Of a stretch of DNA of 64,000 bases, positions 38,474 through 48,612 are shown in pieces. The DNA lies in NCBI GenBank assembly GCA_037189525.1, contig JBBCJC010000002.1, forward strand, positions 352,001-416,000, written 5' to 3'. Position 1 is the first letter of the stretch. Each line of letters begins with the position of its first letter. The notes under the pieces are model-generated. The model was not told the origin of the DNA and did not search any database. It saw nothing but the letters and a program-made list of their open reading frames with translations. The stretch comes from Gemmatimonadales bacterium (GTDB lineage: Bacteria > Gemmatimonadota > Gemmatimonadetes > Gemmatimonadales > GWC2-71-9). The translations under genes and the position numbers were made by a program.

Positions 38474-39901
38474 CTACGATGCGGTTAACTCTGCTCGCGC
38501 CGAGTCGACCCGTTCACGAAAAGCGCGATCGCGCGCCAGTTGGCGCTGCACCTTGTCCACGCTGTGAATCACCGTCGAATGATCGCGCCCTCCGAAGGCC
38601 TGGCCAATCTCGACGAGCTGCATGTTGAGCACTTCGCGAGCCAGAAACATCGCGATCTGTCGCGGCACCGTGAGACTCTTGATGCGCGCTTTGGAGCGCA
38701 GGCCTTCGGGCGTCACGCCCCAGCGGCGCGCCACCACGTCCTGGACCCGATCGATCGACGGCAACGCCTTCGGACGCTCGGTCGTGGCCGCCTGGTTCGG
38801 ACGAATCCGGTCGGCGAGGGCTTCGCGGGCCAGGTCGACGGAGATTTCCCGATGCCGCAACGACGCATAGAGCAACAACTTGATGATCGAGCCTTCGAGC
38901 TCGCGCACGTTGGAATACACGTGCTCGGCAATGAAGGTCAGGACATCGTCCGGGATCGTCGTTTCGAGGTGATCCTGCTGCTGCTTCTTGCGCAGGATCG
39001 CAATCCGATGTTCCAGATCGGGCAGGCCGACGTCGACGACCATGCCCCAGCTGAAGCGGCTGACCAGGCGATCTTCGAGTCCCGGCATTTCTTTGGGCGG
39101 ACGGTCCGAGGTCAGCACGATCTGTTTCTGCGCGTCGAACAAGGCGTTGAAGGTGTGGAAGAACTCTTCCTGGGTGGCTTCCTTGCCTTCGAGGAAATGC
39201 ACATCGTCGACCAGGAACAGGTCGATCCCGGTCCGGTAGCGGCGGCGGAGCTCGGGCATGGTCCGCCCGTGGATCCCCTCGATCACCTCATTGATGAAAT
39301 GCTCGGCGCCCATGTAGGCCACCCGGGTGGTCGGGTCCTTCCGGAGGACCGAGTGGGCCACGGCCTGCATCAGGTGGGTTTTGCCGAGTCCGGTGCCGCC
39401 GTAAATGAAGAGCGGGTTGTAGGTCCGCCCGGGCGCTTCGGCCACGGCATACGTGGCCGCGGCGGCCAGTTCGTTCGATTTGCCGATCACGAAGGCATCG
39501 AACGTATACCGCTCATTGAGCGGTAAGTGGGACGGGGTGGTGTCCCGCTTGGGAGTTGTCTGTGCTACTCCGACATGGCCGGTTGGCTCTACTGCCGGTC
39601 CCGCCGAACTGGAGGCGAAAATATCCATCTGGGGACGCTGGAGCCGTTCCTCGGGGACCCGGAAGACCACCTCGGTTTCGGTCCCGAGCGCCTGACTGGC
39701 GAGCCGGGACAGGACCTTGGCGTGCTTGGCCTGGTTCCATTTGACGGCGAACTCGTCCGGAAGGCCGAGAATCAGTCTCCCGTCCTCCAGTTCGAGCGCT
39801 TCTGCCGGAACGAGCCAGGTTTTGACGGCTTGCTCCGTCAATTCCTGACGCGCCTCGTCAAGAATCCGCTTCCACGCGTCCTTAGGGGACCACTGCTGCA
39901 T
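38474..39901 (-). CDS. dnaA: Replication initiator DnaA
   Basis: YTFDAFVIGKSN, YNPLFIYGGTGLGKTHL, QEEFFHTFN, NVRELEG, FGGRDHSTV. Confidence 0.98.
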   Translation of the reverse strand: MQQWSPKDAWKRILDEARQELTEQAVKTWLVPAEALELEDGRLILGLPDEFAVKWNQAKHAKVLSRLASQALGTETEVVFRVPEERLQRPQMDIFASSSAGPAVEPTGHVGVAQTTPKRDTTPSHLPLNERYTFDAFVIGKSNELAAAATYAVAEAPGRTYNPLFIYGGTGLGKTHLMQAVAHSVLRKDPTTRVAYMGAEHFINEVIEGIHGRTMPELRRRYRTGIDLFLVDDVHFLEGKEATQEEFFHTFNALFDAQKQIVLTSDRPPKEMPGLEDRLVSRFSWGMVVDVGLPDLEHRIAILRKKQQQDHLETTIPDDVLTFIAEHVYSNVRELEGSIIKLLLYASLRHREISVDLAREALADRIRPNQAATTERPKALPSIDRVQDVVARRWGVTPEGLRSKARIKSLTVPRQIAMFLAREVLNMQLVEIGQAFGGRDHSTVIHSVDKVQRQLARDRAFRERVDSARAELTAS

Positions 39902-39957
39902 CTCGCCTCGATAATACGATGGGGCGTCTCGAAGGGGCGACGATACTACGCCGCGGA

Positions 39958-39966
39958 TGTGGAAAA
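39958..39966. promoter_or_regulatory. DnaA box in the dnaA/rpmH promoter region
   Basis: TGTGGAAAA (= TTTTCCACA). Confidence 0.65.
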
Positions 39967-40049
39967 GTCAACCTTGACCGAATCAGCCCCTGGCAGGTAG
40001 CTTTCTGGGCTTACTTTGGCACTAGCTTTGGTTCAAGGATTGGCTTCAA

Positions 40050-40211
40050 ATGCAACCGACATATCGCCCGCGCAACCGGAAACGGGTCAATCGGCATGGA
40101 TTCCGTGCCCGGATGGCCACCCGCTGGGGGCGGGAAACGCTGGCGCGTCGCCGTAAGAAGGGCCGCCGGCAGCTGACGGTCCGGATCGCCTCGAAGCACG
40201 GGGGACGCTGA
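40050..40211 (+). CDS. rpmH: 50S ribosomal protein L34 (not in the ORF track)
   Basis: [44 protein letters not shown]…; upstream TTGACC-N18-TAGCTT. Confidence 0.96.
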   Translation: MQPTYRPRNRKRVNRHGFRARMATRWGRETLARRRKKGRRQLTVRIASKHGGR

Positions 40212-40564
40212 CGTCATCCGAGCGGCTCGGTCGGGCACAGCGCCTGACGGCGTCGGATGACATACGGCGGGTGCTGGGCCGGGGTGCGCGACATCGGTCG
40301 CCTCACCTCGAGATAACGTGGCTGGTCAACGACGTGGGTCGCCCCCGACTGGGCGTGATCGTTCCGAAGCGCCAGTCGACTGCGGTGGCCCGCAATCGTT
40401 TACGGCGGCAGTTGAAGGAATGGATGCGGCGGGAGGCGTTACCGCGACTGAGTCCGGTGGATGTGATCATCCGGGCGCGGTTCCAGGCCTACGACGTCGA
40501 GAGCAAGGTGCTCCGGTCGGAGTTGGGCGACTGGCTCGCGCGACGAGCGCCGACTTCCCGATGA
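40208..40564 (+). CDS. rnpA: RNase P protein component, probable CTG start
   Basis: [26 protein letters not shown] motif; the conserved N-terminal RL…DIRRVL lies upstream of the first GTG. Confidence 0.88.
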   Translation: MTSSERLGRAQRLTASDDIRRVLGRGARHRSPHLEITWLVNDVGRPRLGVIVPKRQSTAVARNRLRRQLKEWMRREALPRLSPVDVIIRARFQAYDVESKVLRSELGDWLARRAPTSR

Positions 40565-40791
40565 CCGGCGTCCGACAGTGGCCGCGACGGGTGGGCATGG
40601 GCCTGATTCGTGGTTATCAGCGGTACATCTCCCCGGCGCTCCCGCCCCGCTGTCGATTCTCGCCCAGCTGCTCGCAATACACTCTGGAGGCGGTGGATCG
40701 GTATGGCCTGGTACGCGGTAGCTGGATGGGTCTCAAGCGTATTGCCCGGTGCCACCCGTTTCATCCCGGTGGCTACGATCCCGTTCCATAA
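40561..40791 (+). CDS. yidD: Membrane protein insertion efficiency factor YidD
   Basis: YQRYISP…[10 protein letters not shown]…[17 protein letters not shown]. Confidence 0.95.
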   Translation: MTGVRQWPRRVGMGLIRGYQRYISPALPPRCRFSPSCSQYTLEAVDRYGLVRGSWMGLKRIARCHPFHPGGYDPVP

Positions 40792-40815
40792 CGTCTGACG
40801 GACACAAGCCTCATC

Positions 40816-42534
40816 ATGGATCGTCGATTCATTCTGGCCATCCTGTTGATGATGGTCGTGCTGGTGGTCCCGTCCTTCTTCATGAAGAAGCCGGCGCGGC
40901 CCGCTCCTCAGGTCGCAGCGCCGGTCGTCTCGGTCGACTCCCTGCAGAACCCCGCTGTGATCGATGCGCCGCCCGGCAGCACGCCGAGCCCGCTGACCGT
41001 CGAATCGGATGCGCCGGCTGCGGATGACTCGGTCACCGTGTCGTCGCCGCTTTACCGCTACACCTTCTCGACCCGCGGCGGGCGGATGGTGGCTGCGGAG
41101 CTGCTGAACTACAAGTCGATGCGGAAGGACGAGCCTGGCCAGCAGGCCCAGATCTTCGCACGCGACGGTGATTTCCTGACCTTGGGTCTCCTGGTCGGGC
41201 GCGACACCATCCCGCTCCGCAATCTGGCCTTTCGTCCGACGACCACGGCGCTCGACGTGGTGGCCGGTGCCCCGGCACGCCTGGGTCTGACGGCGGCGCT
41301 CGACTCGACCGTAGGGATCGATCTCGAGTACACCTTTCTGCCCGACGATTACCGGATCGGCGTGAGCGGCCGGGTGCGCGGACTCGGCGCGGCGGGTGCC
41401 ACGGTGCTGATCGGCTTGGGCCCCGGTCTTCGCAATACGGAGTCGGACAGCGTCGAACACGGCCGCGAAGTCAGCGTCGTGACCAAGCACACCAAGTCGA
41501 GCCTCAAGCGCTTTTCCGATCTCGACGTCGGGGTGACCGAGACGCTCCCGGGACCGTTCGAGTGGGTCGGCGTCAAGTCGAAGTACTTCGTCGCGGCGGT
41601 GCTGGCGCTCGACAGTGCGCGCATCGGGCAGGGCCGGCTGGGTGGCGTCCAGGCCACGGCGACCGATCGGCTCCATCGCAAACCGGAACAGGCGGACGTC
41701 TGGACCAGCCTGAGCGTCGGGGCGGATGGCGCGATGGCGTTCACGCTCTACGTCGGGCCGATGGAATATCCGCGGCTCCGGAGCATCGGGCACGATTTCG
41801 ACGACATCAATCCGTACGGCTGGGCCTGGCTCCGCCCGGTGATTCGTCCGGTGGCCGTCGGTGCCCGCGCATTGCTCGTCTGGATGCACGAGAGCCTGGG
41901 CCTGGCTTACGGGCTTGGCCTGGTGGTCTTCGGCATTCTGGTGCGGGTGGTGCTCTGGCCGCTCAACCAGAAGGCCATGCGCGCCGGCATGGCGATGCAG
42001 GCCGTGCAGCCGATCCTCAAGGACATCCAGGAACGCTACAAAAACGATCCGCAGAAGCTGCAGCAGGAGACCTTCCGGGTCTATCGTGAGCACAAGGTCA
42101 ATCCGTTCGGCGGATGCTGGCCGATTCTGCTGCCGTGGCCGATCCTGATTGCCCTGTTCTTCGTGTTCCAGAATACGATCGAACTGCGGGGTCAGTCGTT
42201 CCTGTGGGTGCCCGATCTCTCCCGGGCGGATCCGACGTTCATCATCCCCGTCATCATGGCGGTGTCGATGTTCGGGGTCACCAAAGTCGGGCAGATCGGA
42301 TTGCCGCCCAATCCGCAGATGAAGATGATGCTCTACGTCATGCCGGTCATGATGCTGGTGCTCTTCTTCAATTTTGCCTCGGGCTTGAACCTCTACTATG
42401 CGGTGCAGAACATCGCGAGTATTCCGCAGCAGTGGTTGATTGCCAAGGAGCGGATGCGGAACGCGCCGGCCACGACGGCGCAGGTGATTCCGCCGGCGCC
42501 GCCGAAGAAGCCCAAGAAGAAGCAGCAGGGGTAA
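40816..42534 (+). CDS. yidC: Membrane protein insertase YidC
   Basis: YVGP, VRVVLWPL, YREHKVNPFGGCWP, FLWVPDLS..DP, SGLNLYY. Confidence 0.96.
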   Translation: MDRRFILAILLMMVVLVVPSFFMKKPARPAPQVAAPVVSVDSLQNPAVIDAPPGSTPSPLTVESDAPAADDSVTVSSPLYRYTFSTRGGRMVAAELLNYKSMRKDEPGQQAQIFARDGDFLTLGLLVGRDTIPLRNLAFRPTTTALDVVAGAPARLGLTAALDSTVGIDLEYTFLPDDYRIGVSGRVRGLGAAGATVLIGLGPGLRNTESDSVEHGREVSVVTKHTKSSLKRFSDLDVGVTETLPGPFEWVGVKSKYFVAAVLALDSARIGQGRLGGVQATATDRLHRKPEQADVWTSLSVGADGAMAFTLYVGPMEYPRLRSIGHDFDDINPYGWAWLRPVIRPVAVGARALLVWMHESLGLAYGLGLVVFGILVRVVLWPLNQKAMRAGMAMQAVQPILKDIQERYKNDPQKLQQETFRVYREHKVNPFGGCWPILLPWPILIALFFVFQNTIELRGQSFLWVPDLSRADPTFIIPVIMAVSMFGVTKVGQIGLPPNPQMKMMLYVMPVMMLVLFFNFASGLNLYYAVQNIASIPQQWLIAKERMRNAPATTAQVIPPAPPKKPKKKQQG

Positions 42535-42571
42535 CAGTCCCGCGCTGGGCGGCGGGACGGGAGAACTCGCC

Positions 42572-43906
42572 ATGCTGTCCGATCTGATCACCGCGATTGC
42601 CACGGCGCCCGGCCGAGGGGCGCTCGCGGTGATCCGCGTTTCGGGCCAGGGGGCCTTCGAAACGGTGCGGCGCCTGCTGGGCTGGACAGACGACCAGCCG
42701 ATCGTGCCGCGCCAGGCCATCCTCGCCACCTTTCACGAAACCGACGGGACGCCTTTCGATCGCGGCCTGGTCACCTTCTTTCCGGCCCCCGCGAGTTACA
42801 CCGGCGAGGACGTGGTCGAGTTGTCCTGCCACGGCGGCGCGCTGGTGCCCGCGCAGCTGCTGGCGGCGCTCCAGGCGCTCGGTGCCCGGCTGGCGTGGCC
42901 CGGCGAATTCACTCGGCGCGCGGTTCAGAACGGCAAGCTCGATCTGCTGCAGGCGGAGGCGGTCGGCGATCTGATCGATGCGACGACGCGCGCGCAGGGC
43001 CGGGGCGCGCTGCGGCAACTCGATGGCGGTCTCTCGCGCCGGCTGGACGAACTCCGGTACGATCTGCTCGACTTGACGGCCCTCCTCAGCTACGAAATCG
43101 ATTTTCCGGAAGAAGACGACGGACCGATCAGCCCCGAAACGATTCGGGCCGGGCTCGCGACGAGCCGCGAGGGGGTCGCGGCCCTGTTGCGGACCGCGCC
43201 GCTTGGCGAGCGGGTCCGGCGGGGCGCTCTGGTGGTGCTGGCAGGCCGTCCCAATGCCGGCAAGTCCTCACTGTTCAACGCGTTGCTCGGTACCGAGCGG
43301 GCGCTGGTGACGGAAATTCCCGGCACCACCCGTGATGCCATCGAAGCTGACCTCGATCTCGATGGCTGGCCGGTCCGCCTGGCCGATACCGCCGGGTTGC
43401 GCGAAGCGACCGACCGGATCGAGCGTCTGGGCATCGAAGTGAGCCAGCGCTACCTCGCGGCGGCCGACCTGGTCCTCCTCTGCGTCGAAGCCGGGAGCCG
43501 GCTCACCGATGAGGAACGCGCCTTGGCCGGCGAGGCAACCACCGTGCTGGTGCGCACCAAGTCAGATTTGGCGACCACCGGCGACGACGGTGGCCTGGCG
43601 GTGTCCGCAACCACCGGTGATGGTCTTGCGGCGCTGGCCACTGCGCTGGTCGACGGTTTATTCGGAGAGGTGGAGCAGTTTGCGGACGTCGAGCCGCTTC
43701 TGACGCGCGACCGGCATCGCCTGGCGCTCGAACGCGCCGCGGCGGCGTTGGCGGACGCGGAGCCGCACCTGGGACAGCGAGGAGACGCGGTGCTGGCGGC
43801 CCATCACGTCCGCCGGGCCATCACGGCGCTCGACGAATTGATCGGTGTGGTCGACGTCGAAGATGTCCTGGGTGCGATCTTCGAACGGTTTTGTGTCGGG
43901 AAGTAA
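42572..43906 (+). CDS. mnmE: tRNA modification GTPase MnmE (TrmE)
   Basis: SYTGED, GEFTRRA, GRPNAGKSS, PGTTRD, DTAGLR, FCVGK C-terminus. Confidence 0.97.
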   Translation: MLSDLITAIATAPGRGALAVIRVSGQGAFETVRRLLGWTDDQPIVPRQAILATFHETDGTPFDRGLVTFFPAPASYTGEDVVELSCHGGALVPAQLLAALQALGARLAWPGEFTRRAVQNGKLDLLQAEAVGDLIDATTRAQGRGALRQLDGGLSRRLDELRYDLLDLTALLSYEIDFPEEDDGPISPETIRAGLATSREGVAALLRTAPLGERVRRGALVVLAGRPNAGKSSLFNALLGTERALVTEIPGTTRDAIEADLDLDGWPVRLADTAGLREATDRIERLGIEVSQRYLAAADLVLLCVEAGSRLTDEERALAGEATTVLVRTKSDLATTGDDGGLAVSATTGDGLAALATALVDGLFGEVEQFADVEPLLTRDRHRLALERAAAALADAEPHLGQRGDAVLAAHHVRRAITALDELIGVVDVEDVLGAIFERFCVGK

Positions 43907-43924
43907 GCGGACGTACCGGCGTGC

Positions 43925-44869
43925 CTACGCCGTGCGGATATCCCGGACGGTGTCTTCCAGCGCCTCGAACTCCGTCGCATTGGCCCGCAGAGCGGCCGGC
44001 AGTCCCTGATCGGCAATCAGCCCCTCGACCATACGGTAGCCGAGATAGTAGCCGGAGCGTTCGGGCAGAACGCGACCGAGCGCCAGCCGGGAGGACGGGC
44101 TCAGGCCTGCCGACAGAAAGCGGAGCCGGAGGCCGATCCCCGACCGTTCCAGATCGTGGTGGGCGGCCCGGCGGAGGAACGCTTCCGATTCGCGCATCCG
44201 TTGAAACACCCGTTTCGGATATCCGAAGTAATCGGCGACATCGTGACCCGGCGCCACCAGCTGCGCGGCGTGGACCGCGAGGCCTTCGTTGACGAGCAAC
44301 TCCCGGAGCGTGGCCCGCGCGGCCGTGGTCCAGTAGTTGTAGTTCCCGCCGTTTTCATCCACCAGCCGGCGCAGGTCGCTGCGGCTGTCGGGAGAGGTAT
44401 AGCGCACCGTGTGAGCCAGTTCGTGCGCGACCCAGAGCGGAATCAGCTCGGGTGAGAGGCCGAGTCCGAAGGTGGTCGGGTTGACCTTGCCGGTGAAGTG
44501 CTCGATACAGATGAAGCCGACACCGCGTCCATTGACGACGAGTTCCCCGGCGTTGGCTGCACCGACCCCGGCCATGAGGTAGATGTCGGTCGGTCGATCG
44601 ATCTGGAGCAGGTCGGTGGCGCGGGTGATGGCGTCGTCGACCATCTCGGAGACACGGACGTTCTGGAGCAGTGCCTTCAGGTCACTTCGATCGGCGCGGA
44701 GCGTCGTCGCAATGACCTCGGCGGCGTGCGGACTCTCGAGATCCAAGACATAATTGCCCCAATACTGCTCGAGCACGGCGCGATGCGTTTCGAGATACCG
44801 GTAATACGCGGCTTCTCGATTGGCTGAACCGAGGATGTCGAGGAATTCCGGGAGCAGATTGATGAGCAC
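43925..44869 (-). CDS. Putative Zn-dependent protease (DUF2268-like)
   Basis: AHELAH, NEGLA, GYYLGYRMV gluzincin-type pattern. Confidence 0.7.
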   Translation of the reverse strand: MLINLLPEFLDILGSANREAAYYRYLETHRAVLEQYWGNYVLDLESPHAAEVIATTLRADRSDLKALLQNVRVSEMVDDAITRATDLLQIDRPTDIYLMAGVGAANAGELVVNGRGVGFICIEHFTGKVNPTTFGLGLSPELIPLWVAHELAHTVRYTSPDSRSDLRRLVDENGGNYNYWTTAARATLRELLVNEGLAVHAAQLVAPGHDVADYFGYPKRVFQRMRESEAFLRRAAHHDLERSGIGLRLRFLSAGLSPSSRLALGRVLPERSGYYLGYRMVEGLIADQGLPAALRANATEFEALEDTVRDIRTA

Positions 44870-44933
44870 GGGACAAAATGCGGCTGTCCCGTGATGAAAA
44901 GCAAGATGTCCAACTTTTTCGCAGGGATTTTCT

Positions 44934-45770
44934 TCAGGTCTGCTCGCGCCGCTTGCGCTCCGACGCTTCGCTCAGCACCCGACGTTCGTGCAGACTCAGG
45001 CTGTCGATGCCGAATTGCGCGATCTTGTCCAGCACGCGGTCGACTTCGGCGTTGGAGTCTTCGGGCGGCAGCTCGGTACGAGGGACGATGGCCTGTTTGC
45101 GCTCGAGCACGGATTCCTGCGCGCGCATCGGCGTGACGACGGGACGCCGGACCGGCGGCACCGGACGGATCGGCTGTTCGCGCGCCGTCAGCGACTGCAG
45201 GCGGAAGTAGAGATAGCCGGACAGAATGCCGCCCAGCGGGACCAGACGGGCAAGGCCGTCGCCGGCCCAGAGTCCCAGCACCAGGTCGAGCGCGATAAAG
45301 GTGATGAACAGCGCGCGCGCGCTGATGCCGGCTTCGGGGCCGGTGTGGAGTTCGAGCGGCGCCCGGGTAAGAACAAAGGCGAGGCCCAGTCCGTAGATCG
45401 CGCCGGCGGGTCCGTAGACGGCCCCGATGTCGAAGACCGATCCCAAACCCAGCCCGATCAGGGCGGCGCCGACACCGCAGTAGACGTAGTACAGCAGGAA
45501 CCGCTTGCTGCCCATCCGCCGCTCGACGGTCGGTCCGAAGAGCGCGAGCATGGCCGAGTGAAATGCGAAGGCCAGCAGGCTGGCGGGAACGAACATGGCC
45601 GTCAGCACGGCCCAGGGCTGTTTGCCGAACCGGGCGGGGTCGAGCACCAGCGATTCCACGAATCGCGGCGCCGTGAACACGGTCGTGAGCAACAGCAGGA
45701 CCGCCCCGTTGATCATGATCAACCGGATGACCCACGGGGTCAGTTGCGGTGCACGACGTGTGGCGGCCAT
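44934..45770 (-). CDS. Rhomboid-family membrane protein lacking catalytic residues, with a C-terminal cytoplasmic domain (DUF6576-like)
   Basis: QPW..LTAMF, FGPTVERRMGSKRFL, GPAG in place of GASG, VPLGG in place of AHLGG; EVDRVLDKIAQFGIDSLS..ERRVL. Confidence 0.85.
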   Translation of the reverse strand: MAATRRAPQLTPWVIRLIMINGAVLLLLTTVFTAPRFVESLVLDPARFGKQPWAVLTAMFVPASLLAFAFHSAMLALFGPTVERRMGSKRFLLYYVYCGVGAALIGLGLGSVFDIGAVYGPAGAIYGLGLAFVLTRAPLELHTGPEAGISARALFITFIALDLVLGLWAGDGLARLVPLGGILSGYLYFRLQSLTAREQPIRPVPPVRRPVVTPMRAQESVLERKQAIVPRTELPPEDSNAEVDRVLDKIAQFGIDSLSLHERRVLSEASERKRREQT

Positions 45771-45783
45771 ACGCGTCAATACC

Positions 45784-46794
45784 TTACTGTACCTTACCAC
45801 CGGTCCGAGCCGTCAAGCAAATCCGTTCGCACAGCTCAGGGAACTCGATTCCCGCCGCCCGTGCCGATTGAGGCATCAGGCTGGTCGAAGTCAATCCAGG
45901 CAGCGTATTGACCTCGAGACAACTCAACTCGCCGGCCGGGGTCAGCCGAAAATCGACCCGGCTGTAGTTCCCCAGCTTGAGGGCCTGATGTGCCTTCTTC
46001 GCCAGGTCCCGGCACGCGGCAGTCACGGCTTCCGGGAGGTCGGCGGGGAAAATCTCGACCGCCATGCCCGGGGTATACTTGCATTCGTAGTCGAAAATCT
46101 CGTGCCGGGGAATAATCTCGCCGACCGCCAGCGCGGTTCCGTCCAGGATTCCCACGGTCAGCTCTCGGCCGGGAACGAATCCTTCGATCATGATCTCGTC
46201 GTCGAAATCGGCGGCGTAGCGAATTGCGTCACCGAGATCGGGCTGGCTTCGGACCAGGCGAAGTCCAACCGTCGAGCCCTGTTTGCTCGGTTTGACGATG
46301 ACCGGAAACTCCGGCATGGTCGGAACCGGGCTGTCGCGCGTCACCATGGTCCAGTCCGGCGTCGGCACGCCGGCGGCTCGGAACAGGTGTTTGGACACAT
46401 CCTTGTCCATGGCCAGACCGCTGCCCAATGCACCGCTGCCGGTGTAAGGCACGTGCAGCAGATCGAGAACGGCCTGCAGAGTGCCATCCTCGCCGCGTCC
46501 TCCGTGGAGCGCGAGGAACACGGCGTCGGCCTGGGTCACGTCGGGCAGGGCCGCGAGGCCGGTCAGCAGGAAATCGCGCTCACGCTCGATCAGGTGGTCG
46601 ATCGACGGCGGTGCGACACCAACGGCGACCCCGATCAATTCGGCTTCCCGGTCGCGGGGAATCGGTCCGCCGGCGATATCGATGACCGAGACCGAATGGC
46701 CGCGAGACCGGAGCGCCGCCACCACCTGTCCGGCCGAGGCGAGAGCAACGTCGCGCTCTGCGGAGCTACCGCCAGTCAGGACGGCGACTTTCAT
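45784..46794 (-). CDS. ddl: D-alanine--D-alanine ligase
   Basis: GGSSAERDVAL, LHGGRGEDG, MDK, FDYECKY, LEVNTLPG; ATGA-coupled to cbs. Confidence 0.95.
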   Translation of the reverse strand: MKVAVLTGGSSAERDVALASAGQVVAALRSRGHSVSVIDIAGGPIPRDREAELIGVAVGVAPPSIDHLIERERDFLLTGLAALPDVTQADAVFLALHGGRGEDGTLQAVLDLLHVPYTGSGALGSGLAMDKDVSKHLFRAAGVPTPDWTMVTRDSPVPTMPEFPVIVKPSKQGSTVGLRLVRSQPDLGDAIRYAADFDDEIMIEGFVPGRELTVGILDGTALAVGEIIPRHEIFDYECKYTPGMAVEIFPADLPEAVTAACRDLAKKAHQALKLGNYSRVDFRLTPAGELSCLEVNTLPGLTSTSLMPQSARAAGIEFPELCERICLTARTGGKVQ

Positions 46795-48179
46795 CGGGTC
46801 CCGATCAGTTGCTGCAGCAGATCGTAGCGGCTCACGATGCCCACCAGTTTGCCCTCTTTCAGGACCAGGGTCGCGGGATTTTCGCGGGTCAGCATCGGTG
46901 GGAGCCGATCGACTGGAAAGTTGGCGTCCACGACGGGAAAGGGCGGATCCATGACCTCGCGGACCGGCCGATCGAGTAACGACGGCTGACTCAGCGCGCG
47001 GGTCATCAGGGTCGGCTCGATCAGACCGCCGATGCACTCATCGTTTTCGATGACCGGGATCTGACTGACACCCCAGGTGCTCATCAGATTGAGCGCCTGT
47101 CGCACCTGCGCCGCGCCGGTCAGGCTCACCAGTTCCGGCGCGCCTTTGCTCCGCCGGCTGATCAGTTCGGCCACCGTCAGGCGCGGTACGTCGAGCAGCT
47201 GGTTCTCCTGCATCCACTCGTCGTTGAAGATCTTGGACAAGTAGCGCTCGCCGGTGTCGCACAATATGGTGACGATGCAGGCTTCGGGATCATCCACTTC
47301 GCGGGCGAGTTCCAGAGCCAACTGGACGTTGAGACCCGCGCTCCCGCCGACCAGCATCCCTTCTTCACGCGCCAGACGCCGGGCCATGCCGAGTGCATCC
47401 CGATCGGACGCCTGGCGAAACTCGTCGATATAGTCCCACCAGACCGTGGTCGGGATCTTGTCGCCGCCGATGCCTTCGACTTTGTAGGGACGTCCCTCGG
47501 CCTTGGTCCCGGTCTTGTGTCCGGTATAGATGGAACCGATCGGGTCGCCGGCAATGATGCGGATGGCGGGATTCTTTTCTTTGAGAAACTTGCCCACACC
47601 GCTCACCGTGCCGCCCGTGCCCGCGCCCGCGACGAAATGGGTGACACGTCCCTGGGTCTGTTCCCAGATCTCGGGACCGGTGGTGCGGTAGTGCGACTCC
47701 GGATTGCTCTGGTTGTAGAACTGATTGGCCAGCACGGCGCCCGCGGTGTCGCGGGTGATCTGCTTGGCCTTGTTGATGTAGTGATCGGGATGATCGGGTG
47801 GCACGGCGGTCGGTGTAATCACGACATCGGCGCCAAAGGCTTTGAGCAGCCGGACTTTTTCCTGCGACATCTTATCCGGCATGGTAAAAACGCAGTGATA
47901 CCCCTTGAGCGCCGCCGCGATGGCGAGTCCGACGCCGGTGTTACCGGAGGTGCCCTCCACCACGGTACCGCCTGGCCGGAGTTCACCGCTGGCTTCGGCC
48001 GCCGTGATGATATCGAGGCCGATCCGATCTTTGACGGACCCGCCCGGGTTGGCGTACTCCGCTTTGCCGTAGATGGGCGTTCTGGTGCCCTGGCCGATGC
48101 GGCCGAGCCGGATCAGGGGCGTCCATCCGATGGTGTCGAGGACCGAATCGTATGGGGTGCGATGTTGGGGCGAGTTCAT
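46791..48179 (-). CDS. cbs: Cystathionine beta-synthase (PLP domain plus CBS pair)
   Basis: NPGGSVKDR, TSGNTG, GTGGT, DTGERYLSK, C-terminal CBS domains. Confidence 0.9.
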   Translation of the reverse strand: MNSPQHRTPYDSVLDTIGWTPLIRLGRIGQGTRTPIYGKAEYANPGGSVKDRIGLDIITAAEASGELRPGGTVVEGTSGNTGVGLAIAAALKGYHCVFTMPDKMSQEKVRLLKAFGADVVITPTAVPPDHPDHYINKAKQITRDTAGAVLANQFYNQSNPESHYRTTGPEIWEQTQGRVTHFVAGAGTGGTVSGVGKFLKEKNPAIRIIAGDPIGSIYTGHKTGTKAEGRPYKVEGIGGDKIPTTVWWDYIDEFRQASDRDALGMARRLAREEGMLVGGSAGLNVQLALELAREVDDPEACIVTILCDTGERYLSKIFNDEWMQENQLLDVPRLTVAELISRRSKGAPELVSLTGAAQVRQALNLMSTWGVSQIPVIENDECIGGLIEPTLMTRALSQPSLLDRPVREVMDPPFPVVDANFPVDRLPPMLTRENPATLVLKEGKLVGIVSRYDLLQQLIGTR

Positions 48180-48610
48180 GGGACAGGGCCTCCGGTCGCG
48201 GGCGCTCGGAAATTGATCGGCTGGAGAAAGCGAGTGGCGGTCGGGCTGCCGTCGCGGAGTGCCGGGGCGAAGCGCAGCTTGCCGGCGGCGGCGAGCGCGG
48301 CCGAATCGAGAGCGGGATACCCGCTCGACTCGTAGATCGCCGTCGATTCCGCGACGATCCGTCCCGCTGAGTCGGCAAAGAGCCGGAGCATCACGGTGCC
48401 GCCGATCCGCTGGGATGCCGGGCCCTCCGGGTAGACGATTGCCGGGTTGGCATCGAGGGGAACCGGCGGTTCATCCCGCCGGGTTGCACTCGGTGGGTCC
48501 GCAGGAAGCGTCAGGCTAGGCTCGGCCTCGCGCCGGCACGCGACACCCGCTGCCAGCAGGGCAATGCCAAGCCAGCGGATGGCGCGGAGGCGCATGGCCC
48601 GGGGGCACAC
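48176..48610 (-). CDS. TonB C-terminal domain protein (possible lipoprotein)
   Basis: YP…IGGTVML…ESSGYPALDSAAL…FAPA; GVAC lipobox-like. Confidence 0.8.
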   Translation of the reverse strand: MCPRAMRLRAIRWLGIALLAAGVACRREAEPSLTLPADPPSATRRDEPPVPLDANPAIVYPEGPASQRIGGTVMLRLFADSAGRIVAESTAIYESSGYPALDSAALAAAGKLRFAPALRDGSPTATRFLQPINFRAPATGGPVP

Positions 48611-48612
48611 GG

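Noticed and set aside
40050..40211. Thermus-type rpmH-within-rnpA arrangement
   Set aside because: The rnpA frame has a TAA inside rpmH (at CGT AAG), so it cannot start upstream of rpmH.
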